DNA from: Felis catus
Lineage: Eukaryota
NCBI RefSeq assembly: GCF_018350175.1
Contig: NC_058368.1
Coordinates: forward strand, 165,108,001-165,172,000
Direction of reading: 5' to 3'
DNA: 64,000 bases
Shown here: positions 38,493 through 51,762 of the stretch, one piece after another
Layout: every line of letters starts with the position of its first letter
How positions within the stretch are numbered: the first letter of the stretch is position 1
Made by a program: the position numbers and the translations under genes
The notes under the pieces: generated by a model
Databases searched by the model: none
What the model was told of the DNA's origin: nothing
What the model saw: only the letters and a program-made list of their open reading frames with translations

Positions 38493-40278
38493 AAAAAATC
38501 ATAGTATTATTTAAAATTGACAACCACAATGCTTTGGCCTATAGCAGTTATAAGGTTACCCAGGTGAACCAATATTTCCAATTTTATTACTTTTATTCCT
38601 CAAAATAAAATCCATTGTTTAAGCTGTAGCTACATAAGGAAAGTGAAGAAGTGAGAGGAAATATACTGCAAATTATGATCAGATAGTCTGCAATTCTAAA
38701 TTGTAAAAAGCTAAACAAAATCCACTTTCCCCTCACGATGTAATTTTCTCTTAATGTAGGTTATAAAGTCATTTTTCTTAAATTTTAAGTACATGAGGCC
38801 TGATATAATAGAACTAATTTAAGTGAACTTACAAGTTTGAATTTCTCCACAATATGAATGCCTTCCTGAATGATCCCATAGAAGCAACATGACTAACATT
38901 ATGTATCCTGGAGAGAGCAGCCATTCATTGACCAATGGCAGTGATTTTGGCATACAGTCTCAGTCAGCACTTTGCGTCATTTCCAAAGTAGAGGTCATCT
39001 GGCAAAGTTCAGAGTCAAGAGAGGTGATTGGCTCTGGGGAGCATAACTGCTCCATGCCCTGTACTCCATTCAAATCCCAGGTCATTTAGTGTACTCGTGC
39101 ATGTGAGTACTCCTGCATGTGTCACACAGAGTTTTAATAGTCAAAACAAATGTCTCTCAATATGTATCACTCTAGAATCTCTACACAGAGCAGGGCTCTT
39201 ACAAGGACATTGTAGTAATAATTTCAATAAACCTATGAAGATTAACTTTCAGCATCTTGAGTGGAAGACTATTTTAAAACACAGGATCAATAAAATCTAA
39301 ATTGCTCACTAATCTCTATTTTATAATTATGGTAGTGTGATTCCAGGTATGACATCGACGTGCATTTGATCTAATTTTTCTGCAATACACTTTAAGAATA
39401 TTAGATTCAGCTCCATGGGCTTAAAGGTTCTATAATTCCAGATACATTTTTTTTTATTCATCCATTTTTTCTGTGTTCAATACTATAGGCCAGAAAATTG
39501 TACCAAATGTCAATGCAGATATTCTTCTTATCCCAGATCTCAGGGTCCTACTCCAACCATATCTCTGTTCTTACTTTAATCTCAGAGATTTGCCAGTGCC
39601 CTATATACTTAACCAATTGAGCCACACAGGCACCCCTATAATGTTATTTTTAACTAGTGGAGTATAAATTCTCCACTTCATTCCATCTTCTACACTCTCT
39701 CTCAAAGGGGATTACAAACTCATGAAGTTTTCAAACTCTGGTCATGACCTTTTTGTTTGTTTTTCTTTAGCGAAACAAAATACCTTCATAGGTAGTGTGA
39801 GTACCTTATACCAAGCAAATAATCCTGATTTAACCTTCCCACTTGCTCAGTTATCTCACTTACAAGTAAGCATACATATATACACATAAGATATATACAA
39901 AAGATTACATAATTGAATACATTGTGGCTATTATTGTTTTGAACAAGCTTATCTGTTAGAGCAATTAAAAATTTTAAAAAAAGTTTTTATTTTACCTTCG
40001 GTATTCTTTCTTCAGTAGTCTTCCTCTTAATCTGAGTTTCTGACCTATATTATTTATCTTCTCTCTAAAGAATTTCTAACATGTCTCCCAACACTATCTA
40101 CTGGCAGGAGATTCCCTCAATTTTTGTTTGAAAAAGTCTATTTCTACTTCATTTTGGAGGGATAATTATTCAGGGTACAGAATTCCAGCTTGTTGGTTTT
40201 TTTATGTCTACTCTTTAAATATTTTCATCCCATTCTCTTCTGGCCTGTACAGGGTTTAAGAAGTCATAGGCAGTTCTT

Positions 40279-41270
<992 letters not shown>

Positions 41271-41854
41271 GGTCAGATGCAATTCTTATTTCTGCTTCTC
41301 TACAGGTAAGATGTTTTCTGCTCTCTGGCTTCCTCGGGAATTTTTGTTTGTTTTTTTATTTCTGTATTTGATAATGGTATGCCAACATAGTGGGGTTTTT
41401 GTTTTGTTTTGTTTTGTTTTGTTTTGTTTTGTTTGCATATATTCCATTTGGTATTCTCTGAGCTTCTTGGATCTATGATTTGCTCTCTGACATTAATTTG
41501 GATAAATTCTCAGTCAATATTTTTTAAAATATTTCTTCTGTTCCCTTCTCTCTTTTCCTTTTAGTATTCTTATTATGTGTATGTTACAGCTTTTGTAGTT
41601 GTCCCACAGTCCTTGGATATTCTGTTCTGTTCTGCCTTTTTTTTTTTCTTTCAATCTTGTTCTTTTTGCTTTTCCATAGTGGAGGTTTCTATTGATTGAC
41701 ATGTCCCCTAGCTCAGAGATTATTTCCCCAGCCAAATCTAGTCAACTAATAACTTTGTCATAGGCATTCTTCATTTCTGTTACAGTTTTTGATCTCTGGC
41801 ATTTCTTTTTGGTTATTTCAAAAGATTTCCATATTTCTGCTTACATTGGCCAAC

Positions 41855-42876
41855 TTTTTTTTTTTTTTTACTTTATCTAATTTAGTGCAATTTAGTTAAC
41901 ATACGGTGTAGTATTGGTTTCTGGAGTAGAGCCCAGTGATTCATCACTTACATATAACACTGAGTGCTCCTCCCAACAAGTGCCCTCCTTAATGCCAACG
42001 CCCAGTTAGCCTATCTCCCCACCTAAATCCCCTCCAGCAACACTCAATTTGTTCTCTGTATTTAAGAGTCTCTTATAGTTTGCCTCCCTCTCTGTTTTTA
42101 TATTATTTTTCCTTCCCTTCCCCTATGTTCATCTGTTGTATTTCTTAAATTCCACTTATGAGTGAAATCATATGATACTTATCTTTTTCTGACTTATTTT
42201 GCTTAGCATAATACATTCTAGTTCCATCCACATTGTTGCAATATATATGTAGTATTATATATGTTATATATATAATATAATATATATACACCACATCTTC
42301 TTTATCTATTCATCAGTAGAGGAATTTGGGCTCTTTCCATATTTTGGCTATTGTTGATAGCACTGCTGTAAACAATGGGGGACATGTGCCCCTTTGAATT
42401 AGCATTTTTGTATCCTTTGGATAAATACCAAGTAGTGTAATTGCTGGATCATAGGATAATTTTATTTTTAAATTTTTTGAATAACCTCCATACTGTTTTT
42501 CCAGAGTGGCTAAACCAGTTTGCATTCCCACCAGCTGTGAAAAGTGTTCCCCTTTCTCCACATCCTTGCCAACATCTGTTGTTTCCTGAATTCTTAATTT
42601 TAGCCATTTTGACAAGTGTGAGGTGATATCTCATTGTGACTTTAATTTGTATTTCCCTAATAATGAGTGATGAGTCATGTGCCCGTTATGCCTGTGGATG
42701 TCTTCATTGGTAAAGTGTCTATTCATGTCTTTTGCCTATTTCTTCACTGGATTTTTTATTTTTTGAGTGTTGAGTTTGATAAGTTCTTTATACATTCTGG
42801 AGTCTAACACTTTATCTGATATATCATTTGCAAATAACTTTTCTCATTCTTTTAGTTTTGTTGTTTTACTCTTTGC
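41855..42876 (-). mobile_element. Carnivore LINE-1, 3' (non-inverted) segment
   Basis: Poly-T at 41855-41869, 3' UTR, ORF2 C-terminal peptides ([27 protein letters not shown]). Confidence 0.95.
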
Positions 42877-43810
42877 ATGACATAATACTCTATGTGGAAA
42901 ATCTGAAAGATTCCACCAAAAAAATTTCTAGACCTGATACATTAATTCATCAAAGTCACAGGATATAAAATCAACATACAGAAATTGGTTGCATTTCTAT
43001 AGACCATTAATGAAGCAGCAGAGATACCAAGGAATCGATCCCATCCAAAATTGCATCAAACACCATACGATGTGTGGGAATAGACTTAACCAAAGAGGTA
43101 AGAGATCTAAACTTATGAAAGAAATTGAAGAAGACAGAAAGAACTGGAAAAACATTCTATGATCATGTATTGGAAGAACAAATGTTAAAATGTCTATACT
43201 ACCCAAAGCAATCTACACATTCAATGCAATCCCTATAAAAATAACACCAGCATTCTTCACAGAGCTAGAACAAACAATCCTAAAATTGTATGGAACCAGA
43301 AAAGACCCCAAATAGCCAAAGTAACACTGAAAAAGAGAACCAGTGCTGGAGGCGTCACAATTCTGGACGTCAAGCTGTATTACAAAGCTGTAATCATCAA
43401 GACAGTATGGTACTGGGACAAAAACAGACACCTGGATCATGCAACAGAATAGAGAACCGAGAAATGGACCCACAAATATGTGGCCAACTAATCTTTGACT
43501 AAGTAGGAAAGAGTATCCAATGGAGAAGAGACAGTCTCTTCAGCAAGTGGTGCTGGGAGAACTGGACAGCGACATGCACAAGAATGAACCTGGACCACTT
43601 TCTTGAACCATATACCAAAATAAACTCAAAAAGGGTGAAATGTGAGACAGGAAACCATCAAAACCCTACAGGAGAAAACAGGCAGCAACCTCTTTGACCT
43701 CAGCCACAGCAACTTCTTACTTAGCATGTCTCCAGAGGCAAGGAAAACAAAAGCAAAAATGAACTTTTGGGACCTCATCAAGATAAAAAGCTTCTGCACA
43801 GCAAAGGAAA
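42872..43810 (+). mobile_element. Carnivore LINE-1, inverted 5' segment (ORF2 from the RT FADD motif onward)
   Basis: Sense ORF2 DNA from 'tttgcatgacataatactctat' to 'aagcttctgcacagcaaaggaaa' (IKIKSFCTAKE). Confidence 0.94.
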
Positions 43811-46800
43811 TATGGCCCATCTTTTCTTAAATGCCATCTGTTTTATCCATTGGAGCCCTTAGCATGTTCATCAGACTTGTTTTCAACTGCCAGTCAGGTA
43901 ATTCCAACATCCTTATCATGTCTGCTTCTTATGCTTGCCCCGTCTCCTCTAATTGTGTTTGCTGCCTTTCGGTATTTCTTGTAAGTTTTTCTGGATATCC
44001 AGATAAGATGTCGTAGGTAAAAACATGTGTTGTAAACAGGCCTTTAGTGATCTGGGGTAAATTGGTTGGGGGAATGGGAAGAATTCCATAGGCCTATAGT
44101 CAGGACTCAGTGTTTTAGTGAGCCTGTACCTTTGGACTGTGAACTTCACACATGCCTCCCAGTTCTCTCATCTCCCCCTTTGAATTGGAGGAATTTAACA
44201 GAATGGTTAAAGTGAGCTGCAGTTGGGCATTTCCCTTTTCCCAAGTGAAAGGCTAAGTGTGGCTGGAGTTGGATATTTTGTTTCCCAAAGGCCAATATGG
44301 GTTTGATTAAACCACAGCAGTTTAGGCTCTAGTTAAATAGTTTCTCCTGAGGGCAGGCCTTGTTAAGAAGAACCAGGTGCTCTGGAGTATTTAAAATGGT
44401 TCCTCTTCTTCTACCCCTGTCAGAGCATAAAGAGGTTTTTTCTCCGGTGTTTACTCTGAAAACCTAGTCCACCTCCTGGAGGTAAAACTCAAAGAAGTGT
44501 GAATAGTGTGGTGGCCCCTCTCTACCTGGATCCCTGTGGAGTTTTCAACTCCCAGATATGTCCACAATGAGCCTCCAGTAAATCATCAACTACAGTTCAA
44601 GTTTTGCTACCCTGGCACTAATTTCTGCAAAGGAATGTTCATTCTGGTAAGTGGTGACTCCCTCTATTCACCTGACTATCCAAATTTGGAGACAGTGGTT
44701 TGTCCTGTGTATTCCCTCCTCTTATGGATCCAAGAAGAGCTGTTGGTTTTTCAGTTTTTTTCTTTTGTTTTGTTTTGCTTGTTGTAGAGATTGAGTGGTG
44801 ACTTCCAAACCCCTGTTTCTAACCCTGAAACAAGGCCCAGCTTATTTATTTAAAGTGTTGGTTACTATGGCATGCCTGTGTGTTTTGGGCTTTAAAGCAT
44901 ACTCATGTGGTGATTTGGGTAGTTTCATGTTTGTACTGCCCACTTTCTGGATATCAACCATTTCAGTTACATTAGTTTCTTACTTTTCAGGTCTTCATGC
45001 TCCTTTAATAAGATAAGTGGTTATTGCATGCAGATGTTTTGTGCGGCCTCAGGTTGAGATTGCATTTGGTTGATTGTTTAATCATAGCAGGGAGGAAACT
45101 CTTGTTTTTAAGCAATGGGAAGATAGTTTCTAGCCCGAAGTCTGATAGAGAGGAGAGATTCTTGTGTTCTTAAGTTGGTCAAGCCAGGCGATGAATCTCT
45201 AGCTCTCACCCACTTGTAGAGAGAAACTATTGAAGATTTCAAGAAACAGATCCAAAAGTTAACACATTTTCTCTCCTCTGTAAAAGAGACACATTTTATA
45301 TGCAAATAACCACATAACTAAGGTTGGCAGTTAGTGTTATAAATAAAATATAAAAAACTATACAAATGTGGAAGTAGGGATACATGAAAAGAAAAACACT
45401 GTGCGAGCATGGACCAAAAGGAGATGTGGATCGCTGTCAGGTGTCCTCTCCATTATTCCTAGTATTCACCTCCCCTCCAAAACCGACTCCCTTCTAGTGA
45501 GAAGTAATTATTAATTTTCTTCAAAATGCAGGTTGAAAAAGAAAAAAAAAACCCTGCTTTACCAAGCTGAACAATTTATCATTTATCAGATGTGAACATT
45601 TTCCTATTTAAATATGCTGCTAGAGAACACAGCAGGAGCAAAAGAGAGATGGGGCATGCTTTTGGAAATTGAAGTTGAGACCAGATTATAAGGGGATCTG
45701 ATCCTCAGGTGTAACGGTTTAATTCTGTAGGCAATGGGGCATTATTGATTGTGTTCTGAGCTAGGGATTAATGTGATCTAATTGTACTTCTGGAAGAAGG
45801 CTTACGAAAAACTGTAGAATTGATTAGAGAAAAATGACTGAAAACCAAAAAGCCTGTTAGAGGTGTTTGGTATATTCTTAAGTATAAAGTACACAGCTGT
45901 AATGATAAGCTGTTAAATATGAAACTAAAGGCCAGTTAAGTTTATATCAAAAAAAATACTTGAACTGGATGATACAAGCCATGTGATATATCCAACAACA
46001 CATGAGCATTTGTTTTAATGCAGCTGTCTATAGTTAATACTATGCTCCTTAAGACCTCCATCCATGGGCCTGTCTAATTATAGCGTCTGTGAAAGATCTT
46101 GCAGTAATAAGTCATTCAAACATTTTAAACTTGAGGTATGTATGATAATCTGTTATAATTATAGTGTCCTTAAAGCATTTCTTTTAAAAGTAAGATCCTA
46201 TTTCCTTTAACTTATCAGACTGTTACAGTGTTGATAGAAAAATGTTTCCTCTTTTCATCTGAAATTCTCCACAATCATTTCTGAAAACAACCATATAATG
46301 GAAAGGTTGCTAACTGGAATGAGTTTAGGGACTTTTGACTCAGTAAACAAAAAATTTAAGTGATCAAAGTATCCACACATATGAAAAGTCTTTTTTCCAT
46401 TGTAAGATTTTTATAGTTAGGCATCTCTACATGAAGAGAAAAAAAATAATTACAACTTCATTCAACAAAAATTCCTTTACCAAATAGTTAAATACAGTGC
46501 TACAAATTACTTGTATGTAGAACTTTTAGCCTAAATCAACCAATTCATATTTTAATCAGAAATCTTTCCATAAAAGTGATTTTTACCTTCTCAGAAAATG
46601 TCTGCAGCCTTTCATGACATGGTATTTCTTTTATTTATCTTTTCTCTTTGCTTTCTGCACAACATTCATGTTACCCTCCTTGGTCAGTTATGTTCTTACT
46701 GAATGTAAGAATAGCCTCCATTTCCTATTTCTACCAATTCTTTTGCTTAATTTTGCACTGATTGTAGTTACTTTGAGGTTACTTCATTTAGAATAGAAGG

Positions 46801-48601
46801 AGCCATTTGAATTTTCCAAGTAAATGACAACAATCATATGTAATTTGTTTTCTGTCAACATACCTTGCTATTGGAACTGTGAATATTTTAGTACTATCTT
46901 CTATGTGTTAAACAATGTGGTCTTTTATCATGGAGTCTTTGTCTTCAAAGATACAAACATTTGGTATTAGCATAATTTGAGGAAAGACTAATTTGATACA
47001 CATATTACCAAAAAATCCTGGAGCAGAAAAATTATTCAGTAAACATGTCAGTGTTCATGATGGACAGAAGAGGCCTGAAGAGGAACATAATGTGATTTCT
47101 GAAAAAAAATTCTATGAACTGGGGATACCGTCATTCTTTCCTGCAATACATTAGAACTATTAGAGAAGGTAAATTACAAGGAAAACTAAGTTTAGATAAT
47201 AGTTTTCTATTTCCGATTCTTTGGCCTAGTTAAGAACAATACACATGTTTCTGTTGGTGAGTGGAATGGGTAATTTAAACATCCAGTACCTGGAGTATAT
47301 TCTAATGATGGAATACTATGTTGAAACATTAAACATAGGGAGGAAGTAGAAAGTGGGGGCCGAATTCTTGAAAGCGAGGAAATAGAAAGTGGGGACAGAA
47401 AAGTTTATGTGGAAAATATGTGTTTACATTTTTCTTGTGTGTATTTTAAATGCTTTGTCTAGGTCCTGACATACCATAAGTGCTTACTAATTTGTTAATT
47501 GACGGATGAGGTTCTAAGACCTAAATGTTCTCTTGAACTCCTAGTGATAATGGCTCAAAAGCTGTAGTCAGACTACATAAAGTATAGTAGAACCATGGCA
47601 GTTGAAAATATTTTGAGAATTTAGGTTTGTTCACTGTTATACTGTACACCTGGGTCATTTTCTTAACAGTGATTGTAGCTCAAGCTTTAAATGTTTGTAA
47701 CACCTATCAGTAGCAATATTTCTTATTTAATGTTATATTTCCCATCTATAATGCTTATTATATTCATTCAATGTATCTTTCTTTTTTAAAAATATAATGC
47801 TCCCATGTATCCCATGTTAGTTTTTTGATAAACATAAAATTAGAAATGTAATATACATGAATTATGCCAAAATTACTACTGGTATTTTTCTATACAATTG
47901 ATGGGTAAGTTATTGAGATAAGTATTATAGTACCTTACCCTTTTTGTTAGTAAAAATGGGTTATTTTCCAGAAATTTTTGATGAAAAATTTTTCTGTCAG
48001 CATAGTTTATTAATACATAGTAAAATACTATTAGTTAATACAGACTTTAATGTGTAGGCATTATATCTTATTTCTTAAATGTAATGCCAGAGATTACCCA
48101 TTTTTATTTCAAATGCTTTTTTTTTGTCACAGAAACACCATTCACTAGTATTACACTTCCTAAACATCACAACTTGTGAGAGCCCCACACAAAGAGAATA
48201 TATGTATATATTTTTGCTTACTTAATGCCTTCACAAAGCTTTGTAGCAGGTGAATAATTACTTGTATAAACTGACCTTAGTGACTACCATAAAACATTCT
48301 AATTATTGCATTATTAAAGTGGCTGTAATTAATGTAATCTCCAAAGCCGTACAATACCAATATTTCAGGTAGCAGATTATCTGTAACATTTGTTGCACAA
48401 GATGGTAGTTTAACGTTCAATTGGTACTATAATTCACTGTTAATCTTTCAATACAGAACCTTAAAAGTGCCAGTTCTTAATAAATTGCTGCTGTAGTATC
48501 ATAGGCTTGAACCCAACTCCCAATGAAAATGAACAATTAAATGTGCAGCAAAACTGAAACATGAGAAAAAAATGCTATTATTAAAAATGAATGTTACTAT
48601 C

Positions 48602-48808
48602 AGAGCGCCTGGGTGGCTTAGTTGGTTAAGCATCCAGCTCTTGATTTAGGCTCAGGTCATGATCTCATAGTGAGTTCAAGCTCCACATCGGGCTCTGTGC
48701 TGACCGCATGGAGCCTGCTTGGATTCTCTCTCCCTTTCTCTGCCCCTTCCCTACTCATTCTCTCTTCTCTCTCCCTCTCTCTCAAAATAAATAAATAAAT
48801 AAACTTTA
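48602..48808 (+). mobile_element. Can-SINE (older)
   Basis: SINE body; TSD aaaaatgaatgttaMtatc at 48583-48601 and 48809-48827. Confidence 0.95.
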
Positions 48809-51315
48809 AAAAATGAATGTTAATATCTATAATATTTCATAAGCAAGATACTTGAGTACAGGATAAGTATCAAGCAAAATTTGAGAGCTTGAATTTTCAC
48901 TGCAAAAGCTTTGCCAGTATGATATTAACAAAAATTATGTATGAATTTGGGCACAGTTAAGGAAAATACAATCTATGAAATTTGTTTAAGAATAGTATTT
49001 CCAAAATAATTTTTCAGCAGGTACAAAAATTGCCAATTTCAATTGTTGTATATATTGAATAGCTTGGGCCTTTAACCTTGTGACAACAAAAAAATGTGCA
49101 GGTGTAGAGTGGGTCAATAACTAAATAAAAAGATCTATGAAGTGTTATTTTTGTATCAAAAGTTATCTTAGCCACCAGTGCACCTTGTTCTTGAGACACC
49201 GTTAAGCATGCTTAAAGGATTTGAAACTCCAAAAACTTTTATTAAACTGTAGACTACAGTAAACATGTTATTAAAAAGTAAAGAACAGGCTTCTTTCAAT
49301 AAAACTGTCCTTGGCATTGGGAGACCCTTTAGGAACAAACTACAGTTGATCCTCTGAGACTATTTTTTTCTTACTATACTGTTTTTGCTTTATTACACTT
49401 TAAAAAAAATAATTTCATGCTATTTAATTATGAGCACTAAACTTGATTGTCTCTCAAATTTGGGCCCTCTTCAATCAAATAGGCACAATGATTCATTCTT
49501 TTACTGATTTCTATTAAAAATCTGTAAGCAAATTTGAATGTTTATCAATTAAATCTGCTTATAATGTGTGTAAATCTCCACTGAAGCATATAGGTAAAAA
49601 GTTCTTGTAAAGGAAAATGAAGGAGTGAAATAGAAATGATAGTATGTGCTTCTTCCCAAGTCCCACTCACCCACCCCCCCCCCAGATTCTCTATATTTAT
49701 AAATCAGGAGTATTTATACCTATATCTGACAGAAGTGAAAAAAGAACACTACATTATATTCAGAGGACAGGCTATAGAACAGAAATGTAATGACTTCTAA
49801 TTAGACAATGGAAATACTGTTTATATCCAAAGAAACTGATTTTTCCAAACTATTTTTTGTCAGACTTTGTAAATGGGTATAGACATAATATGAGCTGAAA
49901 TTGAAGAGTGGTTGGTAAATCTTAGACTTTGAGAGGAAGAAGAAAGAGGACTTGAAATGAAGAAAATATTTTCTTTACACAGTTTTGCTGTGAATATGGT
50001 TTGACTACATGAATCAAAATATATTTCAATTATATTTAACTCATTTAATGAGCGATGGCTTGAAATTTTCTAAATACAACATACATTTCTCTTTAAAATC
50101 ATTCTTAGGCATTAAATCAGTCATTATAACCTATATAATAACTGTATATAACTACTTTATATAAGAAATAGAAATATCTAATTAACTTTACTGTAGATTT
50201 AGATGCATTTATGTCTTACATATGAAGGCATGAATCAATTTATTTTTTAATCCAATTTAAGTATTCTCCTTCCAGAGTTTGTTTTTTAAGGATCATTTCA
50301 TACAGAAACATGTTTGTGCCTTAAAATGCCTTTCTATGTTGATTCGTTTTTTATAGTTTGCAATAAAAAGGATGCCTATTAGGACAAACTTCCATAATAA
50401 CACTGATAAACCATGAACTATGAATAGCTGTGAATATAAAAAGGGTGCATTTAATCTCAGATTTTAGAATGTGTTTCATTGTAAAATTTTCATGAAGTCA
50501 TGTAGCATTAAGTGTAATATTTAAAAGCTTTGAGAAGGTAAGCCTGATGCTCTCTATATTCACAAGCCTAAGTAGTCTTTTTTATGAATTAGTTCTTTTA
50601 AAATCCAGCATCTTTAATTTTCATAATTCTTTACCTCTAAAAGATCTTAAAATATTGTATTGAGTTTTACTGGATCTCTAGATATATGTAAATCAATTCA
50701 AGAGAACATGTTTAATAGTAAAATAAAAGCTTTATCTCTTTATTTCTAAATGAAATTCATATATATTTCCAGGATAGCATCACAGGTGTTGCTCAGGGAT
50801 TCTAAAGAGGCATTTGGGGGGAAAATATGAAAGCATTTAATTCAAATCTATTTAATTCATTGTTCATTTCCTTGACATCCTACTAGTCATACCAATTACT
50901 ATTGTAAGGAGATGACAATACACATCGTGATGAGCTGACATAAAGAATATAAGCAGATCCTAAATCTTGTTCATTCTTCCACTGTTATCTGTGAGGTCTT
51001 CGATATGTCCAATAAGCTCCCTTGGATGCAATTTCTTCCAATTTCTTCATGGTTAAATGAAAGTGTTGGACTAGTTCAGCAGTAGGGATGAATAAAATTT
51101 GAAGACTCTGAAGGTCCAGTATGTTTCTCTAAATAGAAGACTGTTGCATTTTTAAATTTTAAATAATTATCATGTGTCTAAATGTGGCATCAAACCAAAT
51201 ACTAATTTTCAGTATTATACATTACTTAATGTATTTTTACTTCATGTATGATGTTAATACATAAAGTGTTTTATATAAAAATAAGAATATGTTATAAAAT
51301 AACATGTAGGTTTAC

Positions 51316-51548
51316 AGGAGCCTGGGTGGCTCATTCGGCTGAATGTCCAACTTCAGCTCAGGTCATGATCTTGTGTCCATGGATTCAAGCCCCGTGTCTG
51401 GCTCAATGCTAACAGCTCAGAGCCTGGAGCCTGCTTCAGATTCTGTGTCTCTGTCTCTCTCTGCCCGTCTCCTGCTCACGTTAGCGCTCTCTCTCTCTCT
51501 CGCTCTTTCTCTCTCTCAAAATATGAACATTAAAAAAGTTAAGAAAAA
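51316..51548 (+). mobile_element. Can-SINE
   Basis: 'gcctgggtggctcattcgg...cagagcctggagcctgcttcagattctgtgtctc', CT tract and A-rich tail. Confidence 0.93.
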
Positions 51549-51602
51549 CTTCTATGTAGATGGTATTTTGTTTCATAGTGAAGGATAAATAATACTTTAG
51601 AA

Positions 51603-51762
51603 TTTTATGTTTAATTGAAGTATAATTCACTTAACAATATTTTATTAGTTTCAGGTATACAACAGAATAATTTGGCAATGATACATATTGTGAAATGTTC
51701 ACCATGATATGCATAGTTATTATCTGTAAACATACAAAGTTACTACAGTATTTTTGGCTGTA
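51603..51762 (-). mobile_element. L1MA9/L1_Carn-like 3' end
   Basis: 'attgaagtataatt...attagtttcaggtatacaaca...catacaaagttactacagta'. Confidence 0.75.

Noticed and set aside
48394..48410. CTCF-like 'gcacaagatggtagt'
   Set aside because: Mismatches at conserved core positions; not supportable from the motif alone
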